NCBI GenBank assembly: GCA_937922235.1
Contig: CAKZVC010000027.1
Location: forward strand, 11,968-75,967
Origin: an uncultured Acidimicrobiales bacterium
Lineage (GTDB): Bacteria; Actinomycetota; Acidimicrobiia; Acidimicrobiales; SHLQ01
Length of the DNA stretch: 64,000 nt
Reading direction: 5' to 3'
Made by a program: the position numbers and the translations under genes. The stretch's first letter is position 1; each line of letters begins with the position of its first letter. This document shows, one piece after another, positions 45,727 through 58,470 of the stretch. Below the pieces are notes generated by a model. It saw only the letters and a program-made list of their open reading frames with translations. It was not told the origin of the DNA and did not search any database.

Positions 45727-47061
45727 GTGCCCAGGTTCGCGATCTCTTCACTCGATCGAGAGATCGGCCGGCTTGCCATCCCGGCGCTTGGCGCGTTGGT
45801 TGCCGAGCCGCTCTACGTTCTGGCCGACACGGCGGTTGTGGGCAACCTTCTCGGCACGAACGAACTCGCTGGACTGAGCGTCGCCGGCCAGACACTGCTC
45901 ACCGTGCACGCGATCATGATTTTCCTGGCGTACGGCACGACAGCGGCGGTTTCACGCCTGCTCGGAGCGGGCGAGAAGAAGAAGGCTGCGCACCAAGCCG
46001 CCCAGGGCCTGTGGCTCGCTGCCGGCATGGGCGTGATCCTCGGGTTGGTCGTGTGGCGCTTCGCCGACCCGCTGCTGCGGTTGATCGGCGAGACCGACGA
46101 TGGCAATGCCGAGGCCGTCATCTCACAAGCGCACCGCTACCTTTCCGTCAGCCTGTGGGGCTTGCCGGCCATGCTCATCATGCTGAGCGGCGTTGGGTAT
46201 CTCCGAGGGCTGCAAGACACCACGCGACCGCTCGTAGTCGCGATCGTGACTGCCGTAATCAACCTGGTGATCGAGCTCGTGCTCATCGTTGGGCTCGATT
46301 ACAAAATTGGCGCTTCGGCCTTTGCAACCGTGGTGGCTCAGTGGCTTGGCGCGGCAGCGTACCTTTGGTGGATTGGCCGGGACGTCATCTCCCACGGCGT
46401 GCGCCTCATCCCCGACCCGGGCGAGATCGTTCGCCTCCTTCGAGTGGGCGGCACCCTATTTGTCCGCACCGTTGCCCTACGTGGATCGTTCACCGTCACG
46501 GTTGCCGCTGCCAGTCGCATCAGCACCGAAGCCCTCGCTGCCCACGAGATTGCGTTTCAGTTCTTCATCTTCACTGCGCTCATTCTCGACGCCGTGGCGA
46601 TCGCTGGTCAGTCGATGATGGGGCGTTTCCTCGGAGCCGATGATGCTGCTGGGGCAAAGGAAGCTGGACGACGGGTCCTGTGGTGGGGTGTTGCCGTAGG
46701 CGTCGTCGCGCTCGTGATCTTTGGGCTGGGGGCGCCGTTCTTGCCCGAGCTGTTCACCAACGACCCTGAGGTGGCCTCGCTGGCGGTTGTGGCCATGATT
46801 CACCTGGCACTCATGCAGCCGATCAACGGTGTGGTGTTCGCGCTCGACGGCGTTCTCATCGGCGCGGGCGATATGACGTTCCTGGCATGGGCGATGGCCG
46901 GCGCGGCCGTGGTGTTCATCCCGCTGGCGCTCCTTGTGCCGGCAATGGGCCTCGGCCTTGGCTGGCTATGGGCAAGTATCTGGGTGCTGATGGTCGTCCG
47001 AGGCGCCGGGCTCGTCTGGCGTTTCCTATCGGACAAATGGCTCGTGCTCGGCGCCCAGTAA
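45727..47061 (+). CDS. MATE family efflux transporter (DinF-like)
   Basis: 12-TM pattern. N-terminal REIGRLAIPALGALVAEPLYVLADTAVVG. GTG 45727 chosen to avoid overlap with the divergent SDR gene. Confidence 0.8.
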   Translation: MPRFAISSLDREIGRLAIPALGALVAEPLYVLADTAVVGNLLGTNELAGLSVAGQTLLTVHAIMIFLAYGTTAAVSRLLGAGEKKKAAHQAAQGLWLAAGMGVILGLVVWRFADPLLRLIGETDDGNAEAVISQAHRYLSVSLWGLPAMLIMLSGVGYLRGLQDTTRPLVVAIVTAVINLVIELVLIVGLDYKIGASAFATVVAQWLGAAAYLWWIGRDVISHGVRLIPDPGEIVRLLRVGGTLFVRTVALRGSFTVTVAAASRISTEALAAHEIAFQFFIFTALILDAVAIAGQSMMGRFLGADDAAGAKEAGRRVLWWGVAVGVVALVIFGLGAPFLPELFTNDPEVASLAVVAMIHLALMQPINGVVFALDGVLIGAGDMTFLAWAMAGAAVVFIPLALLVPAMGLGLGWLWASIWVLMVVRGAGLVWRFLSDKWLVLGAQ

Positions 47062-47071
47062 GCACCGATCA

Positions 47072-47183
47072 TCCCACTCAGCGGGATGATCAGCCCGAAT
47101 GGTGCCAGGCACAAAACGGCGCTCGCGTCCCACTCAGCGGGATAGAAGGCACAAATGGTGCCAGGTACAAAACCGGCGGTTGG
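47072..47183. repeat. Two tandem copies of a ~56-bp intergenic repeat
   Basis: tcccactcagcgggat...atggtgccagg(c/t)acaaaac repeated with period 56 (47072 and 47128). Confidence 0.6.
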
Positions 47184-47206
47184 TGCCAGGCACCAACCGG
47201 ATTTTT
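47178..47206. terminator. Candidate bidirectional intrinsic terminator between the convergent MATE and LysR genes
   Basis: Perfect 10-bp inverted repeat GGTTGGTGCC-a-GGCACCAACC followed by GGATTTTT on the plus strand. A TTTT run also follows on the minus strand. Confidence 0.5.
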
Positions 47207-48086
47207 AGGCGACGAGCGAGGTGTACACGGAGCGCTGCAGAACGAGCTCAGAACGGATCGTGTCGACGAGCGCCGCTACGGCCTCGGGGCGTTCTCCCGG
47301 GACGGTTCGAATGATCTGATGAATTTCGGGGAGCGGCTCGAGCTCGACCGGAGGTTGCCACTCGACAACGTCGCCGCCGAGGTAGCGCGAGCTCATTGCC
47401 GCAACTCCAATTCCTGCCTCGACCGCCGCACGAACGTCGATCGAGGTTGCCGCGGAGAAGACCGTTCGGAAGTCGATCCCGCCTCGCTCGAGGGTGCGGT
47501 GGGTGAAGTCGTTGTAGTAGCAGTGCGTTCCAAAGTCGAGGAACGGAACCTGTTGACCGTGAAAGTGCTCTGCAGCGGAAGTCACAAAGACGAGCTGCTC
47601 GGTCCACAACTCGATGTCGGAGACGTGCATTGCGTCTTTGATGACCTGAAAGATCGCCACATCGATCTTGCCTTCAGCGACCTTGTTCTCGACGTCGCCC
47701 GTGTGGTCGACGGAAAACTGGACGCTCGTGCCGGGATGGCGGAGCCGGAACGCTCCGAGCAGCGAAGCGATCTGGGCCATGTCGATCTCGCCGTTTGAGA
47801 CAAGCGAGATGTCTCCCGAAAGGTCGGAACACAGCAAGCGAGCCGCAGCTTGGTCGTGCAGCTCGACCATGGCCTTGGCATCGGGGAGCAGCGCCCGCCC
47901 AGCACGGGTTGGACGAAGGGTGTGTCCGTCACGGATCAGCAGCGGTTGGCCAGCCTTTTCTTCGAGTCGTTGCACCTTGCGACTGACCGCAGACTGCCCC
48001 ATGTGCAGGCGCTCGGCAGCACGGGTCATCCCGCCCGCATCGAGGACGGTAAGGAGGACTCGGAGTGATTCGATGTCGAGCTGCAT
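47205..48086 (-). CDS. LysR family transcriptional regulator
   Basis: HTH ...LRVLLTVLDAGGMTRAAERLHMGQSAVSRKVQRLEE. Start taken at MQLDIES (48086). Confidence 0.85.
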   Translation of the reverse strand: MQLDIESLRVLLTVLDAGGMTRAAERLHMGQSAVSRKVQRLEEKAGQPLLIRDGHTLRPTRAGRALLPDAKAMVELHDQAAARLLCSDLSGDISLVSNGEIDMAQIASLLGAFRLRHPGTSVQFSVDHTGDVENKVAEGKIDVAIFQVIKDAMHVSDIELWTEQLVFVTSAAEHFHGQQVPFLDFGTHCYYNDFTHRTLERGGIDFRTVFSAATSIDVRAAVEAGIGVAAMSSRYLGGDVVEWQPPVELEPLPEIHQIIRTVPGERPEAVAALVDTIRSELVLQRSVYTSLVA

Positions 48087-48555
48087 ACCAAAACTGTACA
48101 GGAGACAGTCATGACGTAATGGAATAGAATTCAGCCGATTATGTCGCTGGCGCATTCGCCTTGGCAGGCGCATGATGAATCCATGACACATCACCACGAC
48201 CCCAAACCATCCTGCAGCTTCTCGGCCAGCGCGTTTCGTGACGCAATGGGACCGGGCTACAGCATCGCCCTCTACAAAGAGGGGCGGTTACCAACCGAAC
48301 TTATATCGCCAGTTCTGACGGAGTGCTCGCTTCACGAAGCCTGAGCTGACCAACTTCGATAATGCGCCACCAGCTTTCACCTGCGGCCGAATCAAAACGG
48401 AGGCGGCGTCCAGGGCGCATGCCCGGGAGGGCGCTCACCCAAATACGACGTCGCTTCCCCGCATTCGCGACCGTGACTTCGATCTCGAGTTCCATACGGC
48501 GAACCGTAGGGGCCTTGTCACGGAGGGTGTTAATCGACAGGCGACTTTTTGACCG

Positions 48556-50025
48556 CTAGCCGTTCTTGCGCGAGTTGAGAATCTGGGCGACGACTTTGCC
48601 ATCGGCCTGACCTTTGGTCGCCTTCATGATCTGACCGGTGAAGAAGCCCGCCATCTTCTTGGCGTCGCCTTCGTCATCACCGCAGAAGCGAGCCCACTGA
48701 TCGGCGTTGTTCGCAATGAGCTCGTCGATCATGTCATCGAGCTCACCAGTGTCCATGGCCTCGAACCCCTTGGCGGAGGCGATGTCGGCTGCAGCGCCAC
48801 CGGTCTCGACCATCTCGGCCAGGACCTCCTTGGTCTGAGTCGACGACAAGTCGCCGCCGGTCTCCATGTTGATCAGGGCGGCAAACGATTCTGGCGTGAG
48901 CTTGCCCACGCCGTCAGCGAGGTTGTTGTTGAGGTGCACGACCACTCGGCCACCGTCAGCACCTGCAGCGATGGCGTCGAGCGCGAATCCCGCATCGCCA
49001 CGTTCGACGATCAGCGACGCATCGACCGTTTCAATTCCTGCGGCTTCGGCCAGCGCGGTTCGCTGTGCGCCGGGAAGGACCGGAATCGACGCGTCGATTG
49101 CCGCGAGCTCGGCCTCGGTCGGTACGAGCGGCGTGAGGTCGGGTTCAGGGAAGTAGCGGTAGTCCTCTTCGTTCTCCTTGGAACGACCCGGACGGGTCCG
49201 ACCAGCTTCTTCGTCCCAGTGGCGAGTTTCCTGAATTGGGCGTTCGCCGCTGTCGTAGAGGTCGATGTGGCGCTTTGCTTCGTGCTGGATCGCACGACCA
49301 ACCGAGCTGATCGAGTTGATGTTCTTAATCTCACACCGAGTGCGAAGCTCGTCAGAGCCGCGAGGACGGACCGACACGTTGGCGTCGACTCGCATCGAGC
49401 CCTCTTCCATCTTCGCGTCGCTCACGCCAAGGGCAAGCACGATGCCGCGGAGCTCAGACACATATGCCTTCGCTTCTTCAGCAGTTCGAATGTCGGGGCA
49501 GCTGACGATCTCGAGGAGCGGCACGCCCGCACGGTTGTAGTCGATAAGCGAGTACTGGGCAGACGAGATTCGCCCGTCGCCACCGACGTGGGTGCTCTTG
49601 CCGGTGTCTTCTTCGATGTGGGCTCGTTCGATGTTGATGCGCACACCGTCAGCAGTATCGAGCCAACCGTCATGGTTGGTGGGCTTGTCGTACTGCGACG
49701 TCTGGAAGTCCTTCGGCATATCGGGGTAGGTGTAGTTCTTCCTTGCCATCACACCTGGCGACACCGTGCAGTTGAGGGCACGGCCGAGACGCATCGCCGA
49801 TTCGATCGCTGCCGCGTTCATCACCGGAAGCGAGCCCGGGAGGCCGAGACAGGTTGGGCAGATGTTCGTGTTTGGCTCGGAACCAAATGCGTTCGCGCAG
49901 CCACAGAACAACTTGGTCTTGGTCGAGAGCTCGACGTGTACTTCAAGGCCGACGACAAGTTCCCAGTCGTCGGGGATCGATGGTTCGTGGACGTCGGGAC
50001 CACGGTCAACGGTGTAATACATCAC
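48556..50025 (-). CDS. gatB: Asp/Glu-tRNA amidotransferase subunit B
   Basis: 489 aa. WELVVGLEVHVELSTKTKLFCGC is a canonical GatB N-terminus. Confidence 0.95.
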   Translation of the reverse strand: MMYYTVDRGPDVHEPSIPDDWELVVGLEVHVELSTKTKLFCGCANAFGSEPNTNICPTCLGLPGSLPVMNAAAIESAMRLGRALNCTVSPGVMARKNYTYPDMPKDFQTSQYDKPTNHDGWLDTADGVRINIERAHIEEDTGKSTHVGGDGRISSAQYSLIDYNRAGVPLLEIVSCPDIRTAEEAKAYVSELRGIVLALGVSDAKMEEGSMRVDANVSVRPRGSDELRTRCEIKNINSISSVGRAIQHEAKRHIDLYDSGERPIQETRHWDEEAGRTRPGRSKENEEDYRYFPEPDLTPLVPTEAELAAIDASIPVLPGAQRTALAEAAGIETVDASLIVERGDAGFALDAIAAGADGGRVVVHLNNNLADGVGKLTPESFAALINMETGGDLSSTQTKEVLAEMVETGGAAADIASAKGFEAMDTGELDDMIDELIANNADQWARFCGDDEGDAKKMAGFFTGQIMKATKGQADGKVVAQILNSRKNG

Positions 50026-51509
50026 GCACCTCCGACTGACGCTGCATCGCTGGCCATTGCCTGCTCAAGGGCCGCAGCAACCTGGAACATCACAACCTCA
50101 CCCATCATCGGGGCGAGCACCTGGACGCCGATCGGAAGACCGTCGTCGCCAACGCCGAACGGCACCGACATTGCTGGGTGGCCGCTCAGGTTCGACGGGA
50201 TGGTGCACACGTCGTTCAGATACATCGTGAGCGGATCGGCTGTTTTGTCGCCGAGTGCAAAGGCCGTTGACGGCGATGCCGGCGACAGGAGCACATCGAA
50301 GCTCTCGTAGGCCCGGTCGAAGTCTTCGGTAATGCGGGTACGAATCTGCTGGGCTTTGCCGTAGAACGCATCGCGGTACCCCGCAGAAAGTGCGTACGTG
50401 CCAAGCATGATGCGACGCTTCACTTCGGCACCAAAACCGGCCGTACGAGATGCGGTGTTCATGGCTGCCGTGTTGGTGCCGTCGGCACGCAAGCCGTAGC
50501 GAACACCATCGAAGCGAGCCAGGTTCGACGACGCTTCGGCCGGCGCGACCATGTAGTAGGCCGGAAGGCCGTACACCGTCGAAGGCACCGATACTTCGTC
50601 GACCGTCGCACCCGCGGCAGCGAGCGCGTCAGCGGCAGCTCGAAGACGGGCGAGCACGTCAGCCGAGATTCCTTCGATGACATCGCCGGCCATCTCGGTG
50701 ATTATCCCGACACGCAACCCGTCAACACCGGCGCCAAGTTTGGATGACACCGGGAGCGCAGGCTGCGGGGCTGCGGTCGAGTCCATTGGGTCGTCGCCCG
50801 CAATGACCTCGTACATCAGCGCTGCGTCGGCAACCGACGTGGTGAAGGGGCCGATCTGGTCGAGGCTGCTCGCAAAGGCGATCAGGCCATAGCGAGACAC
50901 GGCTCCGTAGGTGGGCTTTACGCCAACCACGCCGCACAGCGATGCGGGCTGGCGGATCGAGCCACCGGTGTCCGAACCGAGTGACACCGGAGCAAAGCCA
51001 GCCGCAACCGCCGCTGCCGAACCGCCCGACGAACCGCCAGGCACTTTGTCGAGATCGTACGGGTTCTTCGTTGCGCCAAACGCAGAGTTCTCGGTGGACG
51101 AACCCATCGCAAACTCGTCGAGGTTCGTCTTTCCGACCGGGATTGCGCCTTCGGCGACCAGTCGATCGATGACTGTTGCGGTGTAGGGCGGCTTCCAGCC
51201 CTCAAGGATCTTCGACGAACACGTGGTAGCAACGCCACGGGTGCACATGTTGTCTTTGAGAGCGACTGGCACTCCGGCAAGACGACCCGGGGTCTCCCCT
51301 GCCGCAATCCTCTCATCGACAGCTGCGGCCGCGGCGCGAGCCTCGTCGGCCATGAGGGTGTTGAACGCATGAACAGCATCCTCGTGCTCATCGATTCGAG
51401 CGAGGTGCTCGTCTACGACGGCGCTTGCGGTGCGCTCCCCCGCAGCTACCGACGATGCGATCGCTGCGGCGTCGCCGAAAGCGGCCGGGTGTGCGACGTT
51501 CTCACTCAT
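50022..51509 (-). CDS. gatA: Asp/Glu-tRNA amidotransferase subunit A
   Basis: Amidase signature GGSSGGSAAAVAAG. Overlaps gatB and gatC. Confidence 0.95.
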   Translation of the reverse strand: MSENVAHPAAFGDAAAIASSVAAGERTASAVVDEHLARIDEHEDAVHAFNTLMADEARAAAAAVDERIAAGETPGRLAGVPVALKDNMCTRGVATTCSSKILEGWKPPYTATVIDRLVAEGAIPVGKTNLDEFAMGSSTENSAFGATKNPYDLDKVPGGSSGGSAAAVAAGFAPVSLGSDTGGSIRQPASLCGVVGVKPTYGAVSRYGLIAFASSLDQIGPFTTSVADAALMYEVIAGDDPMDSTAAPQPALPVSSKLGAGVDGLRVGIITEMAGDVIEGISADVLARLRAAADALAAAGATVDEVSVPSTVYGLPAYYMVAPAEASSNLARFDGVRYGLRADGTNTAAMNTASRTAGFGAEVKRRIMLGTYALSAGYRDAFYGKAQQIRTRITEDFDRAYESFDVLLSPASPSTAFALGDKTADPLTMYLNDVCTIPSNLSGHPAMSVPFGVGDDGLPIGVQVLAPMMGEVVMFQVAAALEQAMASDAASVGGA

Positions 51510-51820
51510 GAGTCTTCTCCCAGCGCTGGTGGCACCTTGAAGCGGTCTTCCTCGACCTCGGGAGCCTGCGACAGCACTTCGTCGCGGTCGACAGAAGGAC
51601 GCACAACATCGTCGCGGGTCACGTTCGTCAGGCCGAGCGGATGATGCGTTGCTTCGACGCCTTCGAGATCGAGGTTGTTCATGTCATGCGCGGTCTCGAT
51701 GACGCTGCCGAGCTGCACGGTGAAGAGGTCGATCTCCTCATCGGTCAGGTCGAGCAATGCCAGCTTCGCAACATGCGCAACCTCGTCGCGCGACAGCGGT
51801 TGTGGATCGGTGTCAGCCAT
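51506..51820 (-). CDS. gatC: Asp/Glu-tRNA amidotransferase subunit C
   Basis: 104 aa. ...VAHVAKLALLDLTDEEI... Immediately upstream of gatA. Confidence 0.9.
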   Translation of the reverse strand: MADTDPQPLSRDEVAHVAKLALLDLTDEEIDLFTVQLGSVIETAHDMNNLDLEGVEATHHPLGLTNVTRDDVVRPSVDRDEVLSQAPEVEEDRFKVPPALGEDS

Positions 51821-51830
51821 CTGCGAAAGG

Positions 51831-52259
51831 CTAGCTAGCAGTGATGTCGGTCAGACGTGCGGCGATCTCATTCGCAAGAGCTAATTGCTCGGGATCGGTT
51901 GGCGGAGGCGAAGACGCAAACGTCATCAGCTTCGCAACATCGCCAGTCACCAGAATCTTGCCCAGCATGAACGACTCCATCGCCTTGGCCGGGTCGCGAT
52001 CAACAAACATGGCCTTGATCGTGTCGTAATCGGTCGTGACGGTGAGCTCGGGGTCGTCAACGTGGCCTTCATCGACCATGACTGAACCGGCCGTCGTGTC
52101 GACGTGACCGTGAATCTCGTCGTCGGTGAACGGAGCATCCGTGACGATCAGGTTCGCTCGAACCTTGTCAGCAGGTTCTGGTGCTTGGGACGCGTATTCG
52201 TCACGAAGCTCGCGGGCGGCGACGATCCACTCGGGCGAAAGAAATTGGTGCTTGGTCAC
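51831..52259 (-). CDS. SCP2 sterol-carrier-like domain protein
   Basis: 142 aa. ...DYDTIKAMFVDRDPAKAMESFMLGKILVTGDVAKLM is a typical SCP2 C-terminus. Confidence 0.6.
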   Translation of the reverse strand: MTKHQFLSPEWIVAARELRDEYASQAPEPADKVRANLIVTDAPFTDDEIHGHVDTTAGSVMVDEGHVDDPELTVTTDYDTIKAMFVDRDPAKAMESFMLGKILVTGDVAKLMTFASSPPPTDPEQLALANEIAARLTDITAS

Positions 52260-52268
52260 CCTGTGAGG

Positions 52269-54212
52269 CTACTCGCCGTCGCCGCAATCGGAGAGGAAGA
52301 TCGTGATCACATTGCCTGGCTGGAGCTCAGTTCCTTGCGGTGGATCGGTGCCAACGACTGGGCAGCGAGCGTTTCCAGGCGCGCCATCGGTGGTGAGAAG
52401 CTCGCCGGCAAGGAAACCGTCCGCAGTGAGCGCATCAAGAACGTCGCCGAGCGGCTGCCCAGAGGTGGCAGGAATCGCAATCGGAACCGGACCTTGCGAG
52501 ATGACGACCGTGACAGACTCGCCCTTATCGACAGCAGTTCCCGGTGGCGGTGTCACCGACACGATCACGCCGAGTGGCACCTCGTTGTCGAACTCCTCAA
52601 CGCGGTTCACCGCCAAGCCAGCAATGTCGAAGTTGGCGAGGTACTCCTCGACGTTTGTGTCGAGTGCGAAGGCTGGGATCTCGCGCTGCGATGGGCCAAG
52701 GCTGACCACCAAGTCGACGGGCTCGCCGGTCTGCAGTTCAAGCGCTGCAGCACTCACGGAGATCACGTTTCCGGCGCCGACGTCTTCGTTGTTGACCTGC
52801 TCGACAGTACCCACCGTGAGCCCTATGGCTTCGAGCGTTTGCTCGGCCTGCTGCCGGCTGCGCCCAATCAGATCATTGTCGGGCACGCGCACGAGTGGGC
52901 GTCCGAGCGAAATCCAGTAGTCGAGGGTTTGGTCTTCTTCGAGCAGCTGACCTGCTTCAGGGGCAGTCTTGACAATATTGCCGGCAGGGATTTCGGCGTC
53001 GCGCAGGAACTTCTCGCCGAGAATCCAATCGTCGCCAAGCTCGGCGATTGCGTCTTCTGCAGTCATTCCGACAACGTCGGGGACTGGCTGGCTCAACAAC
53101 GCTGCGTTCGAGAACTCGCCGTAGGCGAAGTAGCCAATGGCTCCGAGGGCGACAAGGGAGACGAGTAGCCAAGGCCACCGTCGAACCGGCTCGTCATCGT
53201 CGTGCGGCGATGGCTCGACGATCGGGGTGCCTGCGAGTTCGGTGACTTCGGGCTGGTCCATGACGGTCACGTCGAGCTCGTCAGGAGCGTCGACGATCTC
53301 GATGTCTTCGGCCTCGAGGCCGACCAGAGGCAGTGGCTCCGGACGCGGCATGCCATCGGCTGACTTCACCAAGCCAACACCGGCTTGGTTCGACGTTGGG
53401 CGCACGTCGGGGTCGCGTTGCGTCATGGCCCGCAGTACTTCGGCCAACTTCTCCGACACATCGGGAATTGGCACGTCGCTCTCGACTCGAGCAGTGAGCG
53501 TGCCAAGCATGGTGTCGGCCGAGAACGGAACCGAACCGCTCAGTGCCTCGACCAGAATGAGGCCGAGCGAGTACACATCGGACGATGCGGCGAGCCGCAT
53601 GCCCTGTGCTTGCTCGGGCGAGGCATAGCGGGCGGTGCCGACAAGGTCCTTGCCAGGCTCGGTCCAACCGGAATCGGCCAGCGCCTTCGCCAACCCGAAG
53701 TCGGCAATGTTTAGACGACCTTCGCTGTCGAACAGCAGGTTTGCCGGGGTGATATCGCGATGCACGAGCCCTTCACTGTGGGCATAGTTGAGGCCGCGGC
53801 AGGCATCGAGGCCTACCTGGATGACCTGGCTCGGGCTCAAAACGTTGCCGTCGTCGAGCAACGACCGCATCGAACCACCATCGAGTAGTTCCATAACGAG
53901 GTACGGCATGACGATTTCGCCGGATTCGTCCTCGCCCCAGTCGTACACCGCCATCACATTGGGGTGGCTCAGTGCCGCTGCCGCACGGGCCTCGTTGCGA
54001 AAGCGATCGAGAAACGCCGGGTCGCTCGACAGCTGAGAATGCAAGACCTTGACGGCCACATTTCGCTCAAGAGAAAGGTCGGTTGCCTCAAAAACCGTGG
54101 CTGATCCGCCCTGCCCAATCTTGCGCAGGAGGCGATAACGACCGCCAAGCTCATCGCCCGGTGCAGCACCGGTTGGCGATGGGCTCGCTGAGGTTGTTGG
54201 AGTTGAGGCCAC
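52269..54212 (-). CDS. Transmembrane Ser/Thr protein kinase with extracellular PASTA repeats (PknB-like)
   Basis: Kinase motifs GQGGSATV, VAVK, HRDITPAN and DFG. One TM (WPWLLVSLVALGAIGYFAY). Four PASTA-like units (VPDVVGMTAEDA...). Confidence 0.9.
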   Translation of the reverse strand: MASTPTTSASPSPTGAAPGDELGGRYRLLRKIGQGGSATVFEATDLSLERNVAVKVLHSQLSSDPAFLDRFRNEARAAAALSHPNVMAVYDWGEDESGEIVMPYLVMELLDGGSMRSLLDDGNVLSPSQVIQVGLDACRGLNYAHSEGLVHRDITPANLLFDSEGRLNIADFGLAKALADSGWTEPGKDLVGTARYASPEQAQGMRLAASSDVYSLGLILVEALSGSVPFSADTMLGTLTARVESDVPIPDVSEKLAEVLRAMTQRDPDVRPTSNQAGVGLVKSADGMPRPEPLPLVGLEAEDIEIVDAPDELDVTVMDQPEVTELAGTPIVEPSPHDDDEPVRRWPWLLVSLVALGAIGYFAYGEFSNAALLSQPVPDVVGMTAEDAIAELGDDWILGEKFLRDAEIPAGNIVKTAPEAGQLLEEDQTLDYWISLGRPLVRVPDNDLIGRSRQQAEQTLEAIGLTVGTVEQVNNEDVGAGNVISVSAAALELQTGEPVDLVVSLGPSQREIPAFALDTNVEEYLANFDIAGLAVNRVEEFDNEVPLGVIVSVTPPPGTAVDKGESVTVVISQGPVPIAIPATSGQPLGDVLDALTADGFLAGELLTTDGAPGNARCPVVGTDPPQGTELQPGNVITIFLSDCGDGE

Positions 54213-54245
54213 GGCATCACGGTAGCTGCGACGTACGCTTTATAC

Positions 54246-54674
54246 ATGGCAAAGAAGCAGAGGATGCTCGTCTCAATGATCCTGGCGTGCGGGATTGGAA
54301 TGCTGGTTCTCGCAGCGATCAACGGTGGTGGTTCCGACCAGGACGTCACGGTTACCCAAAACCCAGCAATCGACGCCCTAATCCCGGCTCGCGAGTCCGA
54401 GATTCTGCGTGGCGACCGCATCGGTATTGACTTGGCTGATGGCTACAAAGCCGCCTTGCAGATCGAAACCAGTGATCGCCAGACCATTCAGATTCCAGCG
54501 AACCAGCTCGATCCGAACTTCCAGAACAACCTCGGTGTCTTCTCGTTCCGCCCGGGCGATGGCCAGGTGCTCGAAGTCCTGCCGCCGCAGTCGAACTGTG
54601 TAACGGCCACCTACTGGCCCCTCACCGACCCAGGCGACTCAAAAACCATCCGCTGGTGCTTCCAAGTCACGTAA
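54246..54674 (+). CDS. Membrane-anchored hypothetical protein (142 aa)
   Basis: N-terminal TM MLVSMILACGIGMLVLAAI. No family recognised. Confidence 0.5.
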   Translation: MAKKQRMLVSMILACGIGMLVLAAINGGGSDQDVTVTQNPAIDALIPARESEILRGDRIGIDLADGYKAALQIETSDRQTIQIPANQLDPNFQNNLGVFSFRPGDGQVLEVLPPQSNCVTATYWPLTDPGDSKTIRWCFQVT

Positions 54675-54862
54675 CTCGTATTTCCCGGGCTTCGCCCTCC
54701 AGGGCTCAAATCCGTCGCTGCGCTCCTCGATTTCGCGCCTGCTACGCCTGAGGCGGCGCCTGGTCGTTCGTCCCTCACTCCCGCACGCGGCTTCGCAGTC
54801 CTCCGTGCGTATAAGCGACGGGACCGGGGAACCCGACAAAGCAAAGTTCAAAGAGGTCGTGG

Positions 54863-57811
<2,949 letters not shown>

Positions 57812-57835
57812 CTAGTCAGTGACGAGGTCGATGAG

Positions 57836-58468
57836 TTAGTCGACGAGCTCGATCTTGGTCCACGCCCCGACATAGATCGGTGTTCCAGGTGTCAGGCTCA
57901 TTGGCCTGCCCGGAGTCAACGGGTCGGGGCTGTCCCCCAAGAACGTGCCGTTGGTCGAATCGAGATCGGTGATCGTCCAACCGCTGGCACCACGATGCAA
58001 GCGGCAATGGCTCGACGAAACCGCAGGGTCGAGGTCGAGATCGATCTCGGGGAACGTGCCCCGAGTGTCGCTCTGACGCCCGATCAGGATGTCGGTTGGC
58101 GGCAGCACGATCGTGACTGGTTCAGGCAGCTTCTCGGGCGGCTCGACGCCGGAGAACTTCATGCGTTCGAAGAACTCGAGATCGACCGTCACGATCGCCC
58201 GACCCGACGATCCGCCAGCAGGAACCTGAGGCACAACCTCTTCGGGCAACGTGCCCGACAAGAAGTCGTAACCACAGTTCTCACAAAAGACATCGCCAGC
58301 TGCATACGTCTCGCTGCAGTTCGGGCAACTCAGCCCCGCCTCACCTAACTCGGCTGCTTCCTCTTCAGGTTTCGGCGCCGGAGGTGTCGACCCTCCTCCA
58401 AGCGACTCGCCACAGACCGAGCAGTAATCCTCCCACTCGGAATCGTGGCCGTTCGTACAGGTCGTCAT
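57836..58468 (-). CDS. FHA domain protein with two N-terminal zinc ribbons
   Basis: CTNGH...CSVCG and CPNC...CENCG, then FHA (ILIGRQSD...SSSHCRL...WTITDLDSTNGTFL). Confidence 0.8.
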   Translation of the reverse strand: MTTCTNGHDSEWEDYCSVCGESLGGGSTPPAPKPEEEAAELGEAGLSCPNCSETYAAGDVFCENCGYDFLSGTLPEEVVPQVPAGGSSGRAIVTVDLEFFERMKFSGVEPPEKLPEPVTIVLPPTDILIGRQSDTRGTFPEIDLDLDPAVSSSHCRLHRGASGWTITDLDSTNGTFLGDSPDPLTPGRPMSLTPGTPIYVGAWTKIELVD

Positions 58469-58470
58469 AA

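Noticed and set aside
48141-48495. Two short overlapping ORFs (67 aa on the plus strand, 64 aa on the minus strand) between the LysR gene and gatB.
   Set aside because: No family resemblance and no convincing RBS. They overlap each other, so at most one could be real, and I cannot decide from sequence alone.
54675-54862. 188-bp convergent intergenic region between the 142-aa membrane protein gene and ligA. It contains a tRNA T-loop-like string (gggctcaaatcc) and GC-rich imperfect hairpins.
   Set aside because: I could not fold a cloverleaf: the flanking bases do not pair as a T-arm, and no acceptor or anticodon arms are evident. The hairpins lack T-runs. Not enough to call an RNA gene or a terminator.
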